Positions 48,277 to 56,504 of a DNA stretch of 64,000 nt are shown here, piece by piece. Each line of letters starts with the position of its first letter. Within the stretch, counting starts at the first letter, position 1. Source of the DNA: a virus (taxonomy: Duplodnaviria; Caudoviricetes); the IMG/VR virus record IMGVR_UViG_3300021256_002629, positions 74,510-138,509 of that record; one strand, 5' to 3'. Below the pieces are notes generated by a model. It was not told the DNA's origin. It ran no database searches and saw nothing but the letters and a program-made list of their open reading frames with translations. The position numbers and the translations under genes are program-made.

Positions 48277-48786
48277 ATGGAAAGCGAAGAAATCTGTGCA
48301 AAATATCTACAATTAAACGATATTATATTGTATAATGGAAATAAATATAGAGTAAGTGAGCTGGACTTTTCTGCAATTGTTTTAGAAAGTATTGATCATT
48401 CACAAAAGATAACCGTTCCTGGAATTATTAATGGAACAGTTATAGAAGCCCCTAAAGAAGATACAGCAATAATCTCAGCAGAACAACTTATGCTTGATGA
48501 TTTAGTTTATCTTCCTGGAAACAATCTAAGACAATATAGGGTAAAGAAATTAAAAACTAACTCAATTACGCTAAAAGATGGTGACAGTGAATTTATAATA
48601 AGTAAGGTAAACGGAATTCCACTAAGAGAGGATATTATACGAGATTATGAATACCCTTTTATAGAAATTGAAGGCAATAACTTTTTTATCTTTAGCAAAA
48701 ATAATGAGTTCCCTTCACCAAAAAATATACGCTACCTTCATGAATTTCAGCATATACTCAATGAATTCGATGTAAATAGTCTATAA
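48277..48786 (+). CDS. Hypothetical protein (internal duplication, YopX-like flavour)
   Basis: AKYLQLNDII...YRV and AEQLMLDDLV...YRV halves; C-terminal IRYLHEFQHIL. Confidence 0.6.
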   Translation: MESEEICAKYLQLNDIILYNGNKYRVSELDFSAIVLESIDHSQKITVPGIINGTVIEAPKEDTAIISAEQLMLDDLVYLPGNNLRQYRVKKLKTNSITLKDGDSEFIISKVNGIPLREDIIRDYEYPFIEIEGNNFFIFSKNNEFPSPKNIRYLHEFQHILNEFDVNSL

Positions 48787-48869
48787 TCATTAACAAAACC
48801 TGGATAAATTTATCTAGGTTTTTATTTTCTCCTCAAAATCTTATTCATGAAACCTTTAATAATTTTATT

Positions 48870-49688
48870 ATGACAGAAAAAGAAGTCGAAGATTTGTGTA
48901 GAATGATAAGGGTAGGAGTAGATTTAAGCAAAAAATATCAACCAAGAACAAAAGAAAAGTTAGAAGATCTAATCAAAGAACTAGTTAAAAAAAGGGGAAA
49001 TGAAGCAAATTTGAATGATATTGATGTTTCCCAAATTGAAGATATGAGTTATTTGTTTTTTGATTCTAAATTTAATGGAAATATATCTAAATGGAATGTT
49101 AGTAATGTGAAGAATATGACAGGAATGTTCGATAATTCCCAATTCAATGGGGATATTTCTAATTGGGACGTTAGTGGAGTTGAGGATATGTGGGGGATGT
49201 TTAATGACTCTGAATTTAATGGAGATATCTCAAATTGGAATGTTAGTAGTGTGAAGAATATGGGTATGATGTTTGATAATTCCCAATTCAATGGTGATAT
49301 TTCAAAATGGGATGTTAGTAGTGTAAAAGATATGAAGTGGATGTTTAAAGCTTCTAAATTCAACGGGGATATTTCTAAATGGAACGTTAGTGAGGTGAGG
49401 AGTATGTTGGGGATGTTTGACAGTTCTCAATTTAGTGGAGATATTTCTAATTGGAATGTTAGTAATGTTGAGAATATGAGTTGGATGTTTGCTCATTCCA
49501 TATTTAGTGGAGATATTTCTAATTGGAATGTTAGTAATGTTGAGAATATGAGTTGGATGTTTACTTCTTCTGAATTTAATGGCGATATCTCAAATTGGAA
49601 TGTTAGTAATGTGAATAGTATGTGGGAGATGTTCTGTAATTCTGAATTTAAAGGCGATATCTCAAAATGGGCTAAGAAACCAAAATAA
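48870..49688 (+). CDS. DUF285/BspA-like repeat protein (9 repeats)
   Basis: Same architecture. Confidence 0.9.
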   Translation: MTEKEVEDLCRMIRVGVDLSKKYQPRTKEKLEDLIKELVKKRGNEANLNDIDVSQIEDMSYLFFDSKFNGNISKWNVSNVKNMTGMFDNSQFNGDISNWDVSGVEDMWGMFNDSEFNGDISNWNVSSVKNMGMMFDNSQFNGDISKWDVSSVKDMKWMFKASKFNGDISKWNVSEVRSMLGMFDSSQFSGDISNWNVSNVENMSWMFAHSIFSGDISNWNVSNVENMSWMFTSSEFNGDISNWNVSNVNSMWEMFCNSEFKGDISKWAKKPK

Positions 49689-49769
49689 AAAAAAAGACCT
49701 GGATAAAATTTATCTGGGTTTTTATTTTCTCCTCAAAATCTTATTCATGAAACCTTTAATAATTTTATT

Positions 49770-50525
49770 ATGACAAAAAAAGAAGCCGAAGATTTGTGTA
49801 GAATGATAAGGATAGGAGTAGATCTAAGCAAGCCTAAATACCAACCAAAAACAAAAAAGGAATTAAAAAATCTAGTCAAAGAACTGATTAAAGAAAGAGG
49901 AAATAAAGCAGATTTGAATGATATAGACGTTTCTCAAATTACGAGTATGAGCGAACTATTTTATAAATCTGAATTTAATGGGGATATCTCAAAATGGAAT
50001 GTTAGTAAAGTGAAGTGGATGAATGGAATGTTCTATAAGTCTCAATTCAATGGAGACATATCTAATTGGGATGTTAGTGGAGTTGAGGATATGGCAGTGA
50101 TGTTTTCTGGGTCTCAATTCAATGGGAATATCTCAAAATGGAATGTTGGTAGAGTGAAAAGTATGAGTTGGATGTTTGAAAGTTCTCTATTTAATGGGGA
50201 TATCTCAAAATGGGATGTTAGTGGGGTTGAGTGGATGCACAAGATGTTTGCTTATTCTAAATTTAATGGAGACATTTCAAATTGGAATGTTAGTAATGTG
50301 GAGGATATGAAAGGAATGTTTTTTTGTTCTAAATTTAATGGTGATATCTCTAGTTGGGATGTCAGTAAGGTTGAGAAGATGGATTGGATGTTTTATTGTT
50401 CTAAATTCAATGGGGATATCTCAAAATGGAATGTTAGTAATGTTGAGAGTATGGAAGATATGTTTTATTGTTCTAAATTCAATGGGGATATCTCAAAATG
50501 GACTAAGAAACCAGCCCCATTTTAA
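49770..50525 (+). CDS. DUF285/BspA-like repeat protein (8 repeats)
   Basis: Same architecture. Confidence 0.9.
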   Translation: MTKKEAEDLCRMIRIGVDLSKPKYQPKTKKELKNLVKELIKERGNKADLNDIDVSQITSMSELFYKSEFNGDISKWNVSKVKWMNGMFYKSQFNGDISNWDVSGVEDMAVMFSGSQFNGNISKWNVGRVKSMSWMFESSLFNGDISKWDVSGVEWMHKMFAYSKFNGDISNWNVSNVEDMKGMFFCSKFNGDISSWDVSKVEKMDWMFYCSKFNGDISKWNVSNVESMEDMFYCSKFNGDISKWTKKPAPF

Positions 50526-50610
50526 AAGAATAAACCTGGATTAATTAATCTTAATCTGGGTCTATTTTCTCCTCAAAATCCTTATTATTGAAACCTTTAA
50601 TAATTTTATT

Positions 50611-51504
50611 ATGACGGAAAAAGAAGCGGAAGACCTATGTAGGATGGTAAGAATAGGAGTAGATTTAAGTAAGCCTAAGTTCAGACCAAAAACAAAAGAG
50701 GAGTTAAAAGATCTCATTGAGAAACTAATTGAAGAAAGGGGAAATGAAGCAGATTTGAATGATGTTGATGTTTCCCGAATTACAAGCATGAGCGAACTGT
50801 TTGCCTACACTAACTTTAATGGGGATATCTCAAAATGGAATGTTAGTAGAGTGAAGTGGATGAAAGATATGTTTCGTAGTTCTAAATTCAACGGTAATAT
50901 TTCTAATTGGAATGTTAGTAAGGTTGAAGATATGGAAGGAATGTTTGCCTACACTAACTTTAATGGAGATATTTCTAAATGGAATGTTAGTAGGGTTAAG
51001 AATATGAATCATTTGTTTACTGGTTCTCAATTCAATGGCAATATTTCAAATTGGAATGTTAGTGGAGTTGAGGATATGAGAGGATTGTTTTATTATTCTC
51101 AATTTAATGGAGATATCTCAGGTTGGGATGTTGGGGGAGTGAAGAATATGATCGGGATGTTCCGAAATTCTCAATTTAATGGCGATATCTCAAGTTGGAA
51201 TGTTAGTAAAGTTAAGTGGATGGAAGTTATGTTTGAAGGTTCTAAATTTAACGGTAATATCTCAAATTGGAATGTTAGTGGAGTGAAGAATATGAGAAGT
51301 ATGTTTGAAAACTCCCAATTTAATAATGATATTTCAAATTGGGATGTGAGTAAGGTTGAGAATATGTGGTGTATGTTTAGAAATTCCCAATTTAATGGAG
51401 ACGTCTCTAAGTGGAATGTTAGTAAGGTGGGGAATATGTGGGGGATGTTTCGGGGTTCTAAATTTAATGGGGATATTTCAAAATGGACTAATAAACCAAC
51501 ATAA
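50611..51504 (+). CDS. DUF285/BspA-like repeat protein (10 repeats)
   Basis: Same architecture. Confidence 0.9.
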   Translation: MTEKEAEDLCRMVRIGVDLSKPKFRPKTKEELKDLIEKLIEERGNEADLNDVDVSRITSMSELFAYTNFNGDISKWNVSRVKWMKDMFRSSKFNGNISNWNVSKVEDMEGMFAYTNFNGDISKWNVSRVKNMNHLFTGSQFNGNISNWNVSGVEDMRGLFYYSQFNGDISGWDVGGVKNMIGMFRNSQFNGDISSWNVSKVKWMEVMFEGSKFNGNISNWNVSGVKNMRSMFENSQFNNDISNWDVSKVENMWCMFRNSQFNGDVSKWNVSKVGNMWGMFRGSKFNGDISKWTNKPT

Positions 51505-51558
51505 TAAAAAGAAAATAAAGAGAATAATATAGTAATAAACTATTATTCTCTCTATTTT

Positions 51559-52071
51559 TTAGTCTTCTTTATCTTTTCTTCGACCTTTTAAATACATACC
51601 ACCTCCTGCGGCAGCTGAAGCGGCTGAGATACCCATTCCCCAGCGTGCTTTTCGTAATGCTTTATCAATCTTTTTATTCTCAGCAAGCACCTTCTCTACT
51701 GGCACACGATTCTCGTCCATAATCTTATGATAAGATTCCTCATAGAGTCTACCAAGTTGATCTTTCTTTATATTAAACCATGCAGGTGACTTTCTTCCCC
51801 TTTTGGCTCCTTCCCGTGCCAGCCATTTTAATCTCTGAATTTCTTCTTTTTCTTTAGCAGCGAGTTCTTTTTTAGCTAGCGAATTTTTAATGTCCGCCTC
51901 GGCAGCTGCTACATCAAGCTCTTTCTTACCTTTTTTTTGTGCTTCTTTCAGGTCTTTAGCCAACATAGAACTTGAATAAACCCCTACTCCGCCAAGTAGA
52001 GCGAGTCCTTCTCCGACATTAGAAAGATTGTTATTTTCTTCACTGAAGAATCTTTGTCTTATAATTCTCAT
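51559..52071 (-). CDS. Basic hypothetical protein with MRIIRQRFF N-terminus and Gly/Ala-rich hydrophobic segments
   Basis: ORF; shared N-terminal motif with two neighbours. Confidence 0.75.
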   Translation of the reverse strand: MRIIRQRFFSEENNNLSNVGEGLALLGGVGVYSSSMLAKDLKEAQKKGKKELDVAAAEADIKNSLAKKELAAKEKEEIQRLKWLAREGAKRGRKSPAWFNIKKDQLGRLYEESYHKIMDENRVPVEKVLAENKKIDKALRKARWGMGISAASAAAGGGMYLKGRRKDKED

Positions 52072-52085
52072 AAACTACACTTTTT

Positions 52086-52451
52086 TTATCTACACCGTCT
52101 GTATATCATACCTCCGGATTCTTTAGGATTTTTCATTGCTGCTAAGACTGCCTGTTCCTTAGTAAGATAACGTTCTACTTCTCCAAGCTCTTTATCGTTT
52201 ATAAAAAATGGTTTAACATTTCCTTGAATTCGATGTTCTATCATAGCAGCTTCCCCTGGACTACCAAATACAGAAGCGATACCTTTCTTTACTTTATGTT
52301 TGAATTTATTAAAGCCAGTCATAGGAACTCCCCAAGGCCTACTAACAACGTCAAGAGCTGTTCCTGATATTTTAGATCCAGACGCAGACTTCCATGCATT
52401 AAAAAGAGCATCCGTCTTAGCATTAAATACCTTCTGTCTAACTATTCTCAT
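52086..52451 (-). CDS. Basic hypothetical protein with MRIVRQKVF N-terminus
   Basis: ORF; shared N-terminal motif; LTKEQ also in neighbour. Confidence 0.75.
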   Translation of the reverse strand: MRIVRQKVFNAKTDALFNAWKSASGSKISGTALDVVSRPWGVPMTGFNKFKHKVKKGIASVFGSPGEAAMIEHRIQGNVKPFFINDKELGEVERYLTKEQAVLAAMKNPKESGGMIYRRCR

Positions 52452-52455
52452 ATTA

Positions 52456-52785
52456 TTAAAAAATTCCCACTCCTAAAGAGACAGCTTTGTTTTTCTTTTC
52501 TTTTATCTCTTTTAAAAGTTGTTTTTTAGCCTGCTTATCATGTAAAGGGTCTCTATATCCTATATGTTCCTTAGCAAAAGTATTATTCAAGCGCAAATTA
52601 CCTCTTCTTATTTGTCTTAGGGCTATCTGCTCTTTTGTTAGCTCTCTACCAAGCTTATCTATACCAGTTCCTGAATTTTTGACTGCTTTAGATATTTTAA
52701 GTTTATCTCGTAATCCTGCATTTTTAATAGCCTTCAAATTTAACTCAGTAGCTAAAGTAAAAGTTCTTTGTCGTAATATTCTCAT
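52456..52785 (-). CDS. Basic hypothetical protein with MRILRQRTF N-terminus
   Basis: ORF; shared N-terminal motif. Confidence 0.75.
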   Translation of the reverse strand: MRILRQRTFTLATELNLKAIKNAGLRDKLKISKAVKNSGTGIDKLGRELTKEQIALRQIRRGNLRLNNTFAKEHIGYRDPLHDKQAKKQLLKEIKEKKNKAVSLGVGIF

Positions 52786-52801
52786 AGTCTATAAAATTTA
52801 G

Positions 52802-52874
52802 TGGACCGTGTCGGATTTGAACCGCTTCTTCTCGGTGCAAACGAGATGTAATAAGCCATTATACTACACAGCCC
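52802..52874 (-). tRNA. tRNA-Ala(TGC)
   Basis: Reverse complement GGGCTGT...TCTCG-TTTGCAC-CGAGA...GGTTCAAATCC...ACGGTCCA; G3-U70 Ala identity pair; no encoded CCA. Confidence 0.85.
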
Positions 52875-52897
52875 TGTATTTACAAATCAATAAAAAG

Positions 52898-52970
52898 AGG
52901 CCTCACCCAGATTCGAACTGAGGTTTCAAGATTACAAATCTAGTGCTCTAACCAACTAAACTATAAGGCC
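52898..52970 (-). tRNA. tRNA-Thr(TGT)
   Basis: Reverse complement GGCCTTA-TA-GTTT...GAGC-A-CTAGA-TTTGTAA-TCTTG...CTCAG-TTCGAAT-CTGGG-TGAGGCC-T; one mismatch in anticodon stem. Confidence 0.75.
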
Positions 52971-53010
52971 TAAAATTTAATAAAAGCTAACTCCTTAATG
53001 TTAACCAATA

Positions 53011-53020
53011 CATACATAAG
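53011..53020 (-). promoter_or_regulatory. Putative promoter motif CTTATGTATG for the inverted tRNA/ORF block
   Basis: Matches recurrent YTTATWWWTG-like motif, 40 nt upstream of tRNA-Thr. Confidence 0.5.
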
Positions 53021-53128
53021 AAGTTTGTTAAAAAATAATAAGAATAGTGGTAGTGGTGTGTTTAATTTTAATCTAGGTTTTTATTTTCTCCTCAAACTCT
53101 TATTTATGAAACTTTTAGTAATTTTATT

Positions 53129-53746
53129 ATGACGGAAAAAGAAGCAGAGGATTTATGTAGAATGGTGAGAATAGGGGTAGATTTAAGTAAGAATAAGTAT
53201 AATTATCATCCAAAAACAAGAGAGGAATTAAAAGATCTAATTGGAAAACTAATTAAAGAAAGGGGAAATGAGGCAGATTTGAATGATATAGACGTTTCCG
53301 GAATTACAGATATGACTCATATGTTTTATGGGTCTGAATTTAATGGAGATATTTCAGAATGGGACGTTAGAGGAGTAAAGAATATGCAAGGAATGTTTTA
53401 TGGGTCTGAATTTAATGGCGATATCTCTGGCTGGAATGTTAGGAAGGTTGAGGATATGGACGGAATGTTTGAGAGTTCTAAATTTAATGGTGATATTTCA
53501 GGATGGAATGTTAGTAATGTTGCGGATATGGGTTATATGTTCTACAAGTCTCAATTTAATGGAGATATTTCAGAATGGGGCGTTAGTAAGGTTGAGAATA
53601 TGGAATGGATGTTTTATGGATCTGAATTTAATGGTAATATTTCTAATTGGGACGTTAGTAATGTTAGGTATATGAGTGGGATGTTCAGTGATTCTAAATT
53701 TAATGGAGATATCTCAAAATGGGCTAAGAAACCAACAGATTATTAA
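53129..53746 (+). CDS. DUF285/BspA-like repeat protein (6 repeats)
   Basis: Same architecture. Confidence 0.9.
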   Translation: MTEKEAEDLCRMVRIGVDLSKNKYNYHPKTREELKDLIGKLIKERGNEADLNDIDVSGITDMTHMFYGSEFNGDISEWDVRGVKNMQGMFYGSEFNGDISGWNVRKVEDMDGMFESSKFNGDISGWNVSNVADMGYMFYKSQFNGDISEWGVSKVENMEWMFYGSEFNGNISNWDVSNVRYMSGMFSDSKFNGDISKWAKKPTDY

Positions 53747-53766
53747 AAACCTTTAATAATTTTACT

Positions 53767-54666
53767 ATGACAGAAAAAGAAGCGGAAGATTTGTGTAAAA
53801 TGGTACGAGTGGGAGTAGATTCAAGTAAGAAATATTATCCAAAAACAAAAGAAGAACTAATGGATCTTATTAAGGAACTAGTTAAAGAAAGAGGAAATGA
53901 AGCAAATTTGAATGATATTGATGTTTCCCAAATTAAAGATATGAGTAAATTATTTTATGAATCTAATTTTAATGGAAACATTTCAAAATGGGATGTTAGT
54001 GGAGTTGTGGATATGAGTTGGATGTTTCGGGGATCTGGATTTAATGGTGATATTTCAGAATGGGATGTTAGTGGGGTTGAGAGTATGAGCTGGATGTTTG
54101 CTTTTTCTCAGTTTAATGGTAATATTTCAGAATGGAACGTTAGTGGAGTTATGGATATGAGTTTGATGTTTTATTATTCTAAATTTAATGGTGACATTTC
54201 AAATTGGAATGTTAATGAGGTGAAAAGTATGTATGGGATGTTTGAAAGTTCTCAATTCAATGGAGATATCTCAAATTGGGATGTTAGTGGAGTAAGATTT
54301 ATGAGTAGTATGTTTTATAAATCTAAATTCAACGGTGATATCTCAAAATGGAACGTTAGCAAGGTGAAGAAGATGAATGAAATGTTTACTCATTCTGAAT
54401 TTAATGGAGATATCTCAAAATGGAATGTTAGTGGAGTTGAAAGTATGGAAGGAATGTTCAGTGATTCTAAATTTAACGGCGATATTTCTAATTGGGATGT
54501 TAGTGGGGTTGAGTTTATGGATTATATGTTTCTAGACTCTCAATTTAATGGGGACATTTCAAATTGGGATGTGAGTAAGGTTAAGAGTATGGATGATATG
54601 TTTGAAAATTCTCAATTTAGTGGGGATATCTCAAAATGGGCTAAGAAACCAAAAAGAAGAAGATAA
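53767..54666 (+). CDS. DUF285/BspA-like repeat protein (10 repeats)
   Basis: Same architecture; retains only the last ~20 nt of the intergenic unit. Confidence 0.9.
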   Translation: MTEKEAEDLCKMVRVGVDSSKKYYPKTKEELMDLIKELVKERGNEANLNDIDVSQIKDMSKLFYESNFNGNISKWDVSGVVDMSWMFRGSGFNGDISEWDVSGVESMSWMFAFSQFNGNISEWNVSGVMDMSLMFYYSKFNGDISNWNVNEVKSMYGMFESSQFNGDISNWDVSGVRFMSSMFYKSKFNGDISKWNVSKVKKMNEMFTHSEFNGDISKWNVSGVESMEGMFSDSKFNGDISNWDVSGVEFMDYMFLDSQFNGDISNWDVSKVKSMDDMFENSQFSGDISKWAKKPKRRR

Positions 54667-54746
54667 AAAAGAAAAACTTGGATAAAATTTATCTGGGTTT
54701 ATTTTCTCTTCAAAATCTTATTTATGAAACCTTTAATAATTTTACT

Positions 54747-55421
54747 ATGACAGAAAAAGAAGCAGAAGATTTGTGTAGAATGGTAAGGGTAGGAGTAGAT
54801 TTAAGCAAGAAATATCAACCAAAAACAAAAGAGGAATTAATGGATCTAATTGAGGAGCTAATTAAAGAAAGAGGAAATAAGGCAAATTTGAATGATATTG
54901 ATGTTTCCCAAATTACGGACATGAGTGGATTATTCTGGTATTCTCAATTTAATGGGAATATTTCAAGATGGAATGTTAGTAAGGTGGAGAATATGTATCT
55001 GATGTTTAAGGGTTCTCTATTTAATGGGGATATTTCTAATTGGGATGTTAGTGGAGTGAAGAGTATGAGGTGTATGTTCCTAGACTCTCAATTTAATGGG
55101 AATATTTCTAAATGGGATGTTAGTGGAGTGAAGGATATGAATGGGATGTTTCATGGATCTCAATTCAATGGAGATATCTCAAAATGGGATGTTGGTAGTG
55201 TTGAGAATATGGAATATATGTTTACTCGCTCTCAGTTTAATGGCGATATTTCAAAGTGGAATGTTAGTAAGGTGAGGAATATGAACTGGATGTTTGAAGG
55301 TTCTAAATTTAATGGAGATATCTCAGAGTGGAACGTTAGTAATGTGAGGGATAATATGTATGATATGTTTAAGAACTCTAAATTCAACGGCGATATTTCA
55401 AAATGGGCTAAGAAACCATAA
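54747..55421 (+). CDS. DUF285/BspA-like repeat protein (7 repeats)
   Basis: True start MTEKEA at 54747, not 54678. Confidence 0.9.
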   Translation: MTEKEAEDLCRMVRVGVDLSKKYQPKTKEELMDLIEELIKERGNKANLNDIDVSQITDMSGLFWYSQFNGNISRWNVSKVENMYLMFKGSLFNGDISNWDVSGVKSMRCMFLDSQFNGNISKWDVSGVKDMNGMFHGSQFNGDISKWDVGSVENMEYMFTRSQFNGDISKWNVSKVRNMNWMFEGSKFNGDISEWNVSNVRDNMYDMFKNSKFNGDISKWAKKP

Positions 55422-55514
55422 TAAAAAGAAAGACCTGGATTAATAATTTTAGCCTGGGTTTTTATTTTCTCCTCAAAATCTTATTTATGAAGAAACCTTT
55501 TAATTAATTTTATT

Positions 55515-56411
55515 ATGATTGTTACAAGAAAGAAGCTCAATGATTTGTGTAGAATGGTAAAAGTGGGAGTAGATTCAAATAAGAAATATCATCCAGAAAC
55601 AAGAGAGGGATTAGAATATCTTATTAAGGAACTAATTAAGGAAAGAGGAAATAAGGCAGATTTGAATGATATAGACGTTTCCCAAATTATAGATATGAGA
55701 GGATTGTTTTATAAATCCCAGTTTAATGGAGATATTTCTGATTGGGATGTTAGTAGTGTGAGGGGTATGTTTGGAATGTTCTGTGAGTCTCAATTTAATG
55801 GAGATATCTCGAAATGGAATGTTAGTAAGGTTGATAATATGGGTACTATGTTTGCTGATTCTCAATTCAATGGGGATATTTCAAATTGGAATGTTAGTAG
55901 AGTGGAAAATATGGAAGAAATGTTTGCTGGCTCTCAATTTAATGGAGATATTTCAAGATGGGATGTTAGTAAGGTAGAGGATATGTTTGGGATGTTTGCC
56001 AGTTCTAAGTTTAATGGAAATATTTCAGGTTGGAATGTTGGAAAGGTGAAAGATATGAAGTGCATGTTTGACCGCTCTCAATTCAATGGAGATATTTCTA
56101 GTTGGAACGTTAGTAAGGTTGAGAGGATGAGTGGAATGTTTTTTAAATCTCAATTTAATGGGGATATTTCAAAGTGGAATGTTAGTAAAGTAAAGGACAT
56201 GAGTGAAATGTTTACCGGCTCTCAATTTAATGGGGATATTTCAAAGTGGGATGTTAGTGGAGTTGAAGATATGAGCGGAATGTTTGCTCAATCTCAATTC
56301 AATGGTGATATTTCTAGCTGGGATGTTAGGAAGGTGAAAGATATGAATTGGATGTTCCGAAATTCTCAGTTCAATGGAGATATCTCAAAATGGGCTAAGA
56401 AACCAGAATAA
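55515..56411 (+). CDS. DUF285/BspA-like repeat protein (10 repeats), variant leader
   Basis: MIVTRKKLNDLCRMVKVGVD leader. Confidence 0.9.
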   Translation: MIVTRKKLNDLCRMVKVGVDSNKKYHPETREGLEYLIKELIKERGNKADLNDIDVSQIIDMRGLFYKSQFNGDISDWDVSSVRGMFGMFCESQFNGDISKWNVSKVDNMGTMFADSQFNGDISNWNVSRVENMEEMFAGSQFNGDISRWDVSKVEDMFGMFASSKFNGNISGWNVGKVKDMKCMFDRSQFNGDISSWNVSKVERMSGMFFKSQFNGDISKWNVSKVKDMSEMFTGSQFNGDISKWDVSGVEDMSGMFAQSQFNGDISSWDVRKVKDMNWMFRNSQFNGDISKWAKKPE

Positions 56412-56504
56412 AAAAAAGAAAGACCTAGATTAATAATTTTAGTCTGGGTTTTTATTTTCTCCTCAAAATCTTATTTATGAAGAAACCTTTTAATTAATTT
56501 TATT

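Larger units (their letters stand above)
34036..56504 (+). repeat. About 17 dispersed copies of an ~85-bp terminator+promoter+leader unit
   Basis: Consensus AAAGACCTGGAT(N)ATCTGGGTTTTTATTTTCTCCTCAAAATCTTATTTATGAAACCTTTAATAATTTTATT-ATG; copies end at 34094, 34780, 35398, 38526, 41101, 42395, 43123, 44744, 46583, 47494, 48869, 49769, 50610, 53128, 54746, 55514, 56504 (some partial or with a variant leader). Confidence 0.9.

Noticed and set aside
34036-56504. CRISPR array or true integron
   Set aside because: The 72-bp periodicity is protein-coding and the ~85-bp repeats are separated by whole genes; no cas genes, no tyrosine integrase, no attC-type RYYYAAC/GTTRRRY ends seen
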